Assembly: GCA_040357565.1 (NCBI GenBank)
Contig: JBDODJ010000003.1
Length of the DNA stretch: 64,000 nucleotides
DNA from: Cercozoa sp. M6MM
Taxonomy: Eukaryota; Protista; Endomyxa: Ascetosporea
Direction: 5' to 3' (one strand)
Shown: piece after piece, positions 37,941 through 49,822 of the stretch
Layout of the letters: the number at the start of each line of letters is the position of its first letter
Position numbering within the stretch: position 1 is the first letter of the stretch
Position numbers and translations under genes: made by a program
Notes under the pieces: generated by a model
What the model saw: only the letters and a program-made list of their open reading frames with translations
Told to the model about the DNA's origin: nothing
Databases searched by the model: none

Positions 37941-38097
37941 ACGCTGTATTGCTTAAGTATTAGGGCAGACGACAGGTTTCCCGGCGTTTTTGGAGTTGGG
38001 GTGTTCTGAAAGTTGTGGGAAATTTCTTCCACAAGCAAAACTTCAGATCACACGGCTTTCCGCCATCGTTCCTGACTTTCGCTGACTTTGGACGGCA

Positions 38098-41000
38098 ATG
38101 TTGGGTGCTCTCGGTGATACCTTCGAGGCTGACGCGTCCACAGACGTTGTTGGCAACTTTGGTTCGGTTTGGTATCCTCGCCTTTCTTCCAATCTCACTG
38201 CGCGGCCGTGTCGTGCTTGATACTTGACGGTTGTAGCTCTGCCTGGCGTCCTCGCGATGAAGAAACGAACCTGTGCGGTCTAGATAACCAGGTACCCAAA
38301 TTTTGGTGGGTTTGTGTGAAATTACGAGCATCTATGGTGCGTGTCATACAGGGCAGCACATGCTACCTGAACTCGCTGCTGCAATCGTTCTTCATGCTGC
38401 CGGAACTGCGCGATTCGCTGCTGTCACTCACGAAAAGCGAGCTCGATTTTGATGAGTACCTCGCGCACCAGCAAAAGGAGAGCGCTAAACCTCCGTCTGA
38501 CGCTTTCTCTGCTGTAGCCCAAACTTATGCTTAGCTTTGAGCCATGCTTTGTACTGTTTGATCTATGCTTCATTTTGGTTTATATCGCAGGTGAATGACG
38601 ACGATGTGGCGCAGTTGCAGGCGATGGGTTTCACCCGCGGACAGGCCTTGCTGGCTGCGTCCAAGTACCCGAGCCCGGAGCAGCGGTTCGAGGCTCTCTT
38701 CGACGGCAGCATCACGACCGAGGACGCTGAGGCGTTCGAGAAGAAGTACGACGCGCACTTCAGCGAGAAGACGCCAAAGAAGCGTTTCCGCAAAGTGCCG
38801 ATCGAATTGCTGCGTCTGTTCGCGCAACTCGCCTTGCTTGACAAGCGAAGCACTTCGACTCGCGAGCTCACGGATGCTTTCAACTGGAAGAACAACGAGG
38901 CCGGTGTCCAACATGACGTGCACGAGCTTTCGCGCATTCTTCTCGACGTGCTGCATCGCCAACTGCGCGGTATTTCAGTTTAAAACTAACTTTATTTACC
39001 TTAATTTTTTTGTAATTTTGTGTGCACAGACAGCTCGCAGTCGAACCTGGTTCCAGGCCTGTTCGGAGGCAAATTGAGTCGGCGCACTCGTTGCTTGCAC
39101 TGTGGGCGTGAGTCACGTCATGCTGAGGACTTTCTGGACCTGCCGGTGGTTGTGGAGAATCTAGCCACACTGGAGCGGTCGCTTCGCGAGTCGGTGCGAC
39201 CCGAGTTGCTCGAGGGCAGCAATCGGTACCACTGCGAGCAGTGCGACGAGCGACGCGACGCTCAACGCGGCGTGGTGTTCGAGGAGATGCCGCAGGTGTT
39301 GCAGCTGAACTTGTGTCGCTTCGTGTGGAGTCGCAGCAAGGGCGATCGCGTCAAGCTCAAGTCCGAGTTTGCCTTTCCCTACGAGTTCCCGGCCTCGTGG
39401 CTCAACCCGTACGCTTGCCTTGTGCTGTCTTTGTGTTAGTTGACCTTCCCTGTAGTTGCGAAGAGAGTCAGTTCGACGGTGCCAAGAACCTCACCGGCAA
39501 GTACGAACTGCATGCCATTGTAACTTGTCTTTGTATCAATATATATATATATATATATATATATATTCCTATTATCTGGGATACAGGTACTGCACAGTGG
39601 CACTGCACATGCGGGCCACTACCACGCGCTTGTCAAGGCGCCTTCTGGCCGTAGCTTTCACCCTTTGTGTATGGCGTGGTATGAGAATGCGTTGGAGCAC
39701 AGAGTGGTACGACTTCAATGACGCCTCTGTGACTCGCGCCGACGACAAGGAGATTCGCAAGAGTTTTGGCGGCAACGATTGCGCCTACGTGTTGTACTAT
39801 CGTCTGGCCCAGGAGAAACCTGCCCAGGGTGCCAGCTACCTCGATACACTGACCAAGAAGAAGTCCGTGCCTGAGGAGGCCCGTCCGGAGAACCTAAGCG
39901 ACGTGCGGGTGCCTGCCTTCCTGCGCGCTGATGTCGCGCGCAAGATGGACACTCTGGTACTTTCATCGTTTCTCTTTAACAATTCTGCGTTTCTCCTGTG
40001 TCAGTCTTGACCATGACTCATGCGTCCAGGCGGAGGAGAAGGAAGCCTACGAAACAGCGCAGGCTCAGACGGTCTGGGACGTTGTTTCCGACCGGCATTT
40101 CACGTCGAATGACGATCTTGATGTCGCCGTGTGGAACGGCGGTACCCTACCCTTTACCCCCCCCCCCCCCCCCCCCCCTGTCCCAGAACCCCCCCCCCCC
40201 ACCAACAGAGAGTGAGCAAGTGGACGTTGATCTGCGCTGGACTGTCGCCGAATTAAAGCAGCACTTGCCGTTTGTACCACTGACTTGCCTTCCCCCCATC
40301 CCCTACTCGATTACCCCTCCCCCTCCCTGCAGGAAGGTGAGGTCTACCGAGTCAAGGTGCAGCGACACAGCGGCAACGTCGCACTGCTTCTGCGCAGTGT
40401 TGCCGACGAAACGGCGCAGTTGCGAGAGCTCAAACTGCCCCGCTACGAGCAGGACATTGTATACCTCGTCACCAACGACACCGCTCTTGTTGAGGTCGGC
40501 TGCTTTCATTGGGCGGGGGAAGGGGAGTAAAGATACATCATTTGTTTGCAGCTGCTAAAGAGAGGCGATAAGCGACTCGTTGCGACGCGAGATCTGACCT
40601 CTTTGGAGGTACTATCTGACTTTACCTCCCCAAACTTCGTGGTTCAAACATCCTGTAGCCGTCGAAATTTGATTCATGCGACGCTGACACTCTAGACTTG
40701 TAGCACCTTGTTTCATTTGTGTATCAATTGTATGTGTGTATGTATGTATGTATGTATGTTTGTATGTATTTATGTATGTATGTATGTATGTCTGCATGTA
40801 TGTATGTCATTGTGTTGATATTTACATCTGTATGTGTATGTACCTGAATGTACAAGTATATGTAGCTATGATGTATGATACACATATGGATATACGTATT
40901 TATATAGATTTATCTCTGTGTGCATGTATACATTAACTATATGTCTGTTAATATATATACAATATATATATATATATACCACACATATGATATGTTGGTC

Positions 41001-41707
41001 CACCGACAGTGTGTCGAGCGTGTTGCGACCTATGCCGCTGCACGAGGTCGAGCAGCGCAAGGACGAACAGCGCGAACAAACGCGCGTCGTCTGCGTTGAC
41101 TTGGACGACCGCGAGTGTCCCATTGTCACTGTGGTCAACCCGCCCAGGTACATCCCCTTCCCCACCTCATACCCCTACCCCTACCCCCACCCCCTCTTGT
41201 TGCAGTTCGAGCGAGTTTTGGTTCGTGCGCGCTGACGTGACGGACGGCGAGTTGCTGAAATTGATCACGCGCGTGGTGGCACGTGTCTCGCTGACGGTGC
41301 TGCACGTGCCTCCGCCCGTTACTGAGGAGGAGGTCACTGAGGAGGCCGAAGAGGCCACTGAAGAGGCTACAGATCATGCTGCTGAAGCTGCCGAGGTGAC
41401 TGAGGACGAAAGCGTCCGCGCGGAAGATCAGGAGGAGGAGGAGGCAGAGGATGTGGACGAGTGGTCCCGCAAGTGGCGCAATTTCGCTGTCGTTCCTGCT
41501 GCCTTTGAGTATGCCTGCAGTTTACCCCCCCCCCCCACCATACCCTTTCCCCCCCCCCCCCCAGTGAGAGCCTGGTGACATTGACGCGTGTCGACACGTG
41601 TCTGGAACTGCCAGTGTCGACGCTGCTGTCACGTGCCGACTTTGCCGGTCATCGCTTGCGAATTCTCACCAAGCAGGGGTACCTTACCCCACTCCCACTC
41701 TACCCGG

Positions 41708-41752
<45 letters not shown>

Positions 41753-42707
41753 NNNNNNNNNNNNNNNNNNNNNNNNNNNNNNNNNNNNNNNNNNNNNNNN
41801 NNNNNNNNNNNNNNNNNNNNNNNNNNNNNNNNNNNNNNNNNNNNNNNNNNNNCTCCCCCCGTATGAGCAGTTCGCCGCTCTTGTTCGGCAACGAGAGTGA
41901 TTTCTTGAGGTAACATTGTGTTGTTGCCGATATGTATGACTGATCGGCATCCTCGAACACGCAGGGTGCGAGTACTCCAGTTCGACCCGCACAAGCGACG
42001 CACCAAGTCTGTCCTGCGGAGCGACAAGGCCGCGCTCAAAAAGCAAGGCATCTCGGCACACTCGGCCGTGCTGCTGGAGCGGTATACTGCAGACTTACCC
42101 TACCTCTACCCTTGCATAACAGCCTGTGTGTTTGTTTCTAGTGCACCGTTGGAGGAGCAGAACGCTGGCAAGATGGCCATGATGCTGCGTGTCATGCCTG
42201 CTCTCGTGCAGGAGGAGCAGCAGCAGCTCACCTTTGTGGACACGCAGTTCTGCGACGGCAACCGTCCGCGCGGAGTGACGCTGCTGCAGCACGTGCGTCG
42301 ACTACTCCAGCAACAGCAGCAAACAGACCAGGTCGGTGAAGGCGAGCAAGAGGACAAGCAACTCGTGGTGGCCAAGTGGCACGACGCGCGCAAGCAGTGG
42401 CTCCCTGTCACCTGCGCGGACACCAACCTGCGTGCTGCGCCGCTCAAGCTCCGTCAGAATGGTACACTGGGTTCTCTTACCTTTTATGTCATGTGTTTGT
42501 ATGTGTATAAACGTGTGTGCAGCCATCGTGGCGTACCGCACGAGTCCGCTCCTGCCGCAGGACGAGGTGCAGCTCTGGCAGCCGCTGTCGGTGCGTCCCA
42601 AGGACACGGCGGCCACTCGCGATCGCATGCCGCGTGCCAAGGGTGCCAAGGCGCGTGTCGAACATGCCCTCGTTATCGACGACGATGGGTGGGGCGACTT
42701 TCAATAA
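38098..42707 (+). CDS. USP40: Ubiquitin-specific protease, USP40-like, with UBA insertion; spliced, spans a gap
   Basis: NLCGLDNQ|GSTCYLNSLLQ (Cys box), RLFAQL…LTDAFNW…QHDVHELSRIL, LHSGTAHAGHYHA (His box) and WYDFNDASV. Confidence 0.88.
40730..40990. repeat. (TATG)n/(TA)n microsatellite block in a ~420-nt USP intron
   Basis: tatgtatgtatg… and tatatata runs. Confidence 0.9.
41753..41852. other. Assembly gap (100 N) preceded by a long poly-G
   Basis: Run of N after about 43 G. Confidence 1.
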
Positions 42708-43126
42708 ACCGACCACGCGCGTCTATTCGGGTTGCAGTAGTTGCGTTAACCTGGCGTTGTTTCAGTGCATTTATTCGATTTAGCAATTCAATCGTAACTG
42801 TCGTTCCCCCCGCCCTGTTGACCCACCTAGACTGGTGCAGGGGGAACTATCTCGTTGTTTTCCTATAAGACTCAACTAACTAACGAACTCCCCCGCCCTG
42901 TTATATATCTGTCGTGCTCGACATTTCTAACGTCAATTGTCACCGCGTGGCGGTACTGCGTAAACTTACTGAAGCAAAGCAAAAATTGCCAGAGCTTGAG
43001 TCTAGACGCCGTTGGCAGTACCTATATACAGTATCTACTGTACAATATCTATGGACGCGATAGCGTCTTTTGCGTTGCAATGCTGTTAGTACAATGGTGT
43101 TGGTGAGACGGGAAACGATTGCCGTC

Positions 43127-44490
43127 TCAAAGCTTCTCCAGGAACTCCTGGAAGAGCGGCGATCGCTTGAAGCGCCGGAAGCTGTCAGTTTCGATGAGTG
43201 CGAGAACCTCCTCAGCCGCGGCGCAGAACAAGTCGCGGTGCAGCAGCAAGTTGTCGCACTTGTGCACGATCTCGAAGCGCTCGCTGTCCTTGATGTTGAT
43301 CTCGCGCAGCGACTCGGTCGAGATGAACTCGTCGTGAATCCACTGCGCCTTGGCGGCGATCTCGTCGTAGTCGAGACCGGCCTTGTCGATCTTGCTGCGA
43401 GCGGTCTCTTTGTCCGCTGGGCAGTCACCGTCTGGACACAGACAAGACACATTAGTTATACGGGGACACAGATAAGGTCTAGCTGTACTGTACCTTGCTC
43501 GGTCCCATCAAAAAGAGTCTGGAAACGGCGGCACGCCAGCCAGAAGTCAATGTTCTCCTGCGAGTACTCAGAGGCCAGGAAGCGCGTGAGGTACTCGACG
43601 CCCAACTCGTGCTCGATGAGTTGTCGCAGCTTGATGTCGTCTCGGTCGAGCTTGACTTGACTCACTTGAGTCGGGGTGTCGTCAATGTCAACGACAACGC
43701 CAGTGACACTGACACTGGCACTGACACTGGCACTGGTGCTGGCACTGACAGACTCGGGCACCAGCTCGACCAGGATGTCGTCGAACTCCTTGTAGTGTGG
43801 CACAACGACACAGTGTGTCACTGTCACCACTGTGCGCTGCAGCTTGTGTTGCAGCAGGCACAACTCGACGTGCACCTGCACCAGCGCCTGGACTGCACAC
43901 GGCGTCAGCGCCTGCTCCTGCTCGTGGGCACGCTTGATGGCGGCCACCTGTCGCTGCAGCTCGCCGCTGGCACGCGAGGCAATACGCGTGAAGCTGTACA
44001 ACAATGCACAAATATCAGTGCCCCTACTCCTTGCACAAGAAGCTTAAGTGAATGAAAGACACCGTTTGGCAGGCAAGTCGGCCATGGGATGTTCGCCAGC
44101 GAGTGTCAGGAACTCTGTGCACACAGAAACACATACATAGACAGCACACTCGGCTTAAAAGAAAATATTGACACATAGATATCCTCAAAAAACAAGGTAA
44201 GTGTACCGCGACGAAGTGCAAGGGCGGCGGTTTGCTGCGCCACCAGAGTGCCCAGCTTGCGACGCAACACGTGCATCTTCTGTCGCAGCAGCACCAGCTC
44301 GGCAGCCTGTCGCGCACTGATGCGGCCCAGCTCGCGTTGTGCGGCGCGGATCTGCGCAAAGGCGCGCTCGGTGGCGGCCAGTGCGGTGGCGATCTTCTCT
44401 CGCGTGCCGCGGTGCCAAAAGTCCTTGAGTTTGGAGATTATGCGCATCTCCTTCTCTACTTGTCTTTCTCGCTTACAACACGAGCACTTC
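43127..44490 (-). CDS. RGS-domain protein with N-terminal coiled coil; 5' end unresolved
   Basis: FLASEYSQENIDFWLACRRF, IHDEFISTESLREINI and LIETDSFRRFKRSPLF are classical RGS box motifs. Confidence 0.85.
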
Positions 44491-45355
44491 TGAGTATCTC
44501 AGAGACACAGTGACACAGCACACACGTGTCACACGGCTAGTGGCACCAGCTTACTGCAGGTGAAGTGTCAACTAAGTCCCAAAAAGCATGTCACTCTCAG
44601 AACAGTGAGTGTCCATGTGACTGGTCACATGTGGACCACTTTGGACTTGCTTTAAATCTATTGAGGATTGTGATTTCTGCACTGTGCGGTGCTAGTGGCG
44701 CAGTCTCAGTCACTCGGATCGTTCTGTTTCTTGAAAACTCAGCCTACCGACTACTCTAGCCTCTACGAAACGCAGTATGTCGGGAGATAAGAATGATCCC
44801 CACCTGGCCTGGTCCCAGGGAGCATTGTTTTGACCAGTCTCTTGCTGCAGAGTGAACCAAAAATACTCTCTGCTGACCTGTGATACTTTTGTTGCACTCT
44901 GCAGTCAATGCTTGGGCCTTCTGGGTCGGACTCAGACAATTTCCGGGTCAGTCACACAACCCGGTCAGTCAACGGTGTATTAGAAAGCAACCAGGATGTG
45001 CTTGATACATCTTGGACTAGGTAAGATGGTCAAACGCTCTAATCTGCGCTGCTAGAATGCTTGTTTCGGGAACGCTGCTTGTGTAGCCAGCAAACAAGAA
45101 GTGCTTGACTTTTGGCAAGGCCCGGGGGGAGGAAGGGGGTCTTTTGGCTTAGATTGCACAGTTTACCTCCGTGCTACTACTTTCTTGCCGTTGCTGTCGT
45201 ACTGTGTTTTATTGTCCTGCGTGGCTCGAAACAACTGAGGCTCTGGTTTATTCGAAGCCTGCTTTGCGCTGAAGTGTTACAGCACTAGTGACTCTCGTAG
45301 GGGGCATGGTGCAGTGACCGCCCAATTTGAAACGAATCAACTGATGCGTGGGACT

Positions 45356-46617
45356 TTAAATGTTGTTCGGCAGTTCTGGGCTCGACCGGCAGAACTGCAT
45401 TTTTGCGAAAGCAAAACGAGTGTACACACAAGCATAATGTATCTTGAACCGAACAACACAGAAAGCTAACGAGTGTACCTTCCAGGCAGCTCCAGGAAAC
45501 TGCAGCGACTTCACAGCAGAGGGACAAAACTGTCGTTGTGCCACATAGTTAAAACTTGAACTCGTAGCTTTCTTGTAATAAACGTGAGTGTAGTACCTCC
45601 GGACCGCGCACATAGCAGAATGCCGGAAAGTTTGGAATGTGATTGCCGCAACCAATTTTGTTCACTTGCACATGTCCACTCTTTCCATCTTCCGAACAGC
45701 TGCACGACCATTCTTCGTCGCATTTGTTGCAGCACTCACCTGGCAGGAGTAGCAGAATTGCTCAGACTGAAGACAAAACCGCACTAAATTTACTCTACTG
45801 TACCAGGCACATCGATCTGCTGGTCGATTGGACAAGGCGGCCAACAGTCAATAAACATACAACTCCAGGTGAGATCCTGCATGCAGTTGCACTTGAAACA
45901 GTCAGTTCCAACAACTGCTCCTGGCGTCGAGCATGGCGTGTTTGGCTCTGGCAGTTGTGGGCACTCCTGATGACTTACGATCTCTTGTACTTCTTGCTTG
46001 CATTTAGCAATGTTGAAGAAGCACTCGTTGTCGTAAGTTACTCCATTGTTTCCACAAACTGCCAAAACATGCTATTCTGAAAAAATGTTTGGCATTGAAC
46101 ACAAAAGAGCTTTACCGGGAGCGTATATCTCAATGCACGCAATGTCGCACCTGACCCGAATGCGGCTTAGTATTATTGTACCCAACTGCCAAATTGTTTA
46201 CATTTTAGCCAGGCAACGTACTCACAATGCGGACAGCACTCTCCTTCTGCAGTTTGCCAAAACTGTTGGTCGCATTGAGGAGCCGCACAACGAACTGTGC
46301 TGCAATCGAGCTCGTCTATTGTGTCGCTAGTGCACTCCCCTTCTGTGGAAGTCAGTCCGGGGTTGCCACAACGAGCTCCTTGAAAGCTGCACATGTTTGC
46401 ATATGTCTGCCCGTCTGACCCGCAAACCGGCGCCCAGATGCGTGGACATGGCCAGTGATCTGGCCAAAGAGAACAGTCGCGCTGTTCAAAAGCAACACAT
46501 ACAGTCATTGCGCACAAAGTCGAAAACCCAGCGAAATGAATCACTCACATTTTGCGCTCGAGTGCTCATAAGCTGCAAGTTCGCAACAACAAAAGCAAAG
46601 CGACCGAACATCTGCAT
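45356..46617 (-). CDS. Secreted Cys-rich protein: 2 Kazal + VWC-like + C-terminal Cys domain; spliced
   Basis: [27 protein letters not shown]|[23 protein letters not shown]|ECCSKC and FCYVR…PGAAWK|FC. Confidence 0.85.
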
Positions 46618-46826
46618 CAGTCTGTGCAAACCCAGGGAACTGCGATTGTAGCTGACCCTGGAAGGACTCAGTCTGACTCTAGAAGTTTCGCTTCAGCTTG
46701 GACGCGACGATGTCACTGAGAACTGACTCCGGCAGCTGAAAAATAGCCTTCCGGCAACAGTCTTTAATGGAGAAACAAAATAGATCTGTCTTGAATCCGC
46801 AAAAGCTGCAGCGTCGCTCTCTTCGG

Positions 46827-47600
46827 CTAGATATTTCCGGGCACTCGGCGAGCTTCTGCATTCGAGCTTGTCGAACAAAACTGACAAAGCATCGTATGAG
46901 GAATTATTTTGATAGGATACTTGAAATCGATCTCGAAAAACGCTGCCGTACCTTCCAGGCTGCTCCGGGGATTTGAGTGGATGTCATTGCCGACGAACAA
47001 TGCTAAATTTAAATTTAAACTTAAAACTTACAGTATCAGAAATTAAATTTTACGTCAAGAGTTTAGCTTCAAACATGCGATAATAGCACACACACGAGTC
47101 ACGCACAAAGGGAACTCGCGGTACCTCAGGACTGCGTACGTAGCAAAAAGCGGGGAAGTTGGGAATATGATGCTCGCAACCAACCTTGTCCACTTGCACG
47201 TGTCCGCTCATGCCGTCTTCCGTACAGCCGCATGACCATTCTTCCTCGCAACGATCACAACACTCGCCTGTATCAGCTAGACCGCATTACATGGTACAAT
47301 ACGAGGCATTCACAAGGTGGGATGACCCGGCACGTCGATTCGCTTATCACCAGGACAGGACACCCAGCATTCGATGATCATGCAGTTCCAGGTAAGCTCT
47401 GGGCCACAGTCGCACCGAATACAGTCAGTTCCAACGGTTTCACCGGGCGTCGAGCAAGGCGTGTTTGGGTCAGGAAGCTGTATGAAACAAACAGTGCCAA
47501 AGAAAACCTCAAAGATGCCACCACGTACGTTCTCAGTTTGCGCAAAAACGCCTGCAATCTGCAAACCTGCAAGCACGGCGACGGCTAAACGAGAGAACAT
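46827..47600 (-). CDS. Tandem paralog of the preceding gene lacking the Kazal domains; spliced
   Basis: Signal MFSRLAVAVLAGLQIAGVFA; [12 protein letters not shown]…VPG|ECCDRC…[11 protein letters not shown]|…PGAAWK|FC, with the same intron positions as 45356-46617. Confidence 0.85.
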
Positions 47601-47978
47601 TCGTACAGTTTGCAATAGCGAGGTAATCGCGTTTTGGTTTGGCATTTAGAACCTGAACTCCCGTTCAGCGTAGTTGTTTAAAGTCGGACAATATTGTTAA
47701 AATTTACAGAACTGACTTTCGTCAGTGCGATCATTCAACCGAACTGATAGGAAACACCGCACAGCACCCTGTCTGCCGGCAAACCCCGGTTCGCTACCGC
47801 TACGACACTAATGTTGGATACAAAAACCAAATAATTAGAAGAGTGCAGCGTTGAGGAATGAAGTTTTAACCTGACTTTGTCTTTTGACTGAAACAGTGTC
47901 TAAATTATATTTAAGTTTAAAATACACGACACCAAACCGAAATTTTCTGGCGGCGTGTATGTAAACTTTAAGGTCAGC

Positions 47979-49309
47979 TCATGGCTCAAATATGGGCGAG
48001 TGAGAAGCACGGGATTGTGCCATGCGCGCAGGTAGACTGTCGCGTCGGAAGACTGGTGGCCGTGGCGTTTTCACTTGTGCGTAGGTGCGTGTAGACGGTA
48101 TAGACATGTGCACGTTGCCGTCGGAAATGTTCTCGGCTCGACTTCTGTTTTTGCCAATGATGTTGCTTGTATTGCTGTTGTTGAAAGCAGCGTCAGCTGT
48201 GCGTTTAGTCAAACGACGTCGCTGTTTCCTTTCGAACCACGAGCGCAGGAAAGCGCCGAAATGCGAAAGCACTTCAGTAAAGCCGCCTTTCTGATTGTAT
48301 TGAGCACTCAATATCGCGACGTTCGTTATTCTACATTTATTGGATCAATGCAGGGGAGAAGATTTGAAAGGGAGAAATATAGCAGTTAATTTAAATTTCG
48401 ACTGTGTGAATAACTAAGTTTAAATTTTATACCTTTGCGTGAGAGGCAACATGATGTAGACGGGAGCCAGCAAGGCCAGTGCGATGGCAATGCACAGGAA
48501 GAAGACTCGGCCGCGCCAGACATTGCGCCAAACATCTTCGTCGACTTTGCGACGAGCGTTCATCGCCAGCTTCGAGTGGTGCACCTGCTGCTGCAGCGTG
48601 AACAGCATGTGGTACAAATTCATCGTGGAGGCATGGAGCTGTTCTTCGACCGTGCCAAGCTATATTTTACATTTGGAATGTAACTTATCTAAAGCAACGA
48701 GTTGCCCCGATGAAGAGTTGCGAAAATGTAAACTACATCGGTCTTGGTATCCTTATAGAAGTAGAAGGACATGCGTGAGATCGGATACGAGTTGGCCTCT
48801 GCGCATTTGCTTCTTCAAACCCCCCTACAGCACCTATTGTAAAAGCGGCTTACTGTTATCGAAGCAGAGCATGTAGGTGCCAGGACTCGTGACCGTGACA
48901 GCGAAGAAATTGCTCAGATGGTTTCGATCCTCAAAGACCGGGATGCGGCGTGGACCACGGATCTGCTCAGTCCGTCACCCCTTTTTATGAAGCTCACTTT
49001 CACTTTCCAACTGCCATTGCTTTAGATACGCGCACGATGACGCCATGACTGCCGTTATGTAAGCGCTTTCTTCGATTGCTGTCGGGTAGAATACTGAAAG
49101 AGCCAGCTAGTTTCTCTCCTGTTGCAAAATCAGATACTAAATTCAGTTGTTGCAGTCTCAGATACAAATCACTGTAAATTACCTGTTTCGAGACCGAGTA
49201 AAGCGTAGCACTCCTCAGCACGCGCCGGAACATAGACCGCATACGCTGTCGTGAGAGATATCAAATGAAGCAGCACGCAAACTGCTGCAACAAGGACGCG
49301 CTTGTTCAT
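47979..49309 (-). CDS. Divergent longin/R-SNARE-like membrane protein with a long post-TM tail; spliced
   Basis: N-terminal MNKRVLVAAVC; ARRKVDEDVWRNVWRGR followed by TM VFFLCIAIALALLAPVYIML; intron then joins in frame to ORF 47979-48311. Confidence 0.5.
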
Positions 49310-49822
49310 TGTGTTGGTGGTTTGCCGACTTCCAGGCAAAACGAGGGAAACGCAATCTCAAGCGACAAAATGCTCAGTAAATCAACAAACTGAATGCCCG
49401 TTGAGGGCTCATTGCAACGAGCTAGAGCGACCATGTGGGGCCGTGCGCCCATCCGCGCGGAAGTGGCAGGACTGAGTTGTCATCTCACATCCGCGCGGAT
49501 CCACAAATCTCTAATTTACTGGGACTAACTTTCAGCTTCTAATCCAACTGAATAGGCATATTCTGCTCAATTGTTATTGCTTGGTACTTTAACGAGTGAC
49601 TGGCGTCGATCCGTGAGAGTTAAAACTAAACTTACCAGTACTTCGAAATCGCCCGGTCGCGTCGAAAATGTTGTCACAAGAGCTCAGGGAGAAACGTTTT
49701 CAATTTACTCTCACGAGCAGCGTTTTTCCGTCAAACGAAAAAACAGAGACTGAGAATTGTTCGTAGTTCGCGCCTACGATGCGCCCTGGGCTGTCGGTGC
49801 TTTCCCAAACAACGCATGAGTG

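Noticed and set aside
41710-41752. Long sense-strand poly-G as a functional G-quadruplex
   Set aside because: It abuts an N gap and opposes the usual intron polarity; likely a sequencing or assembly artefact.
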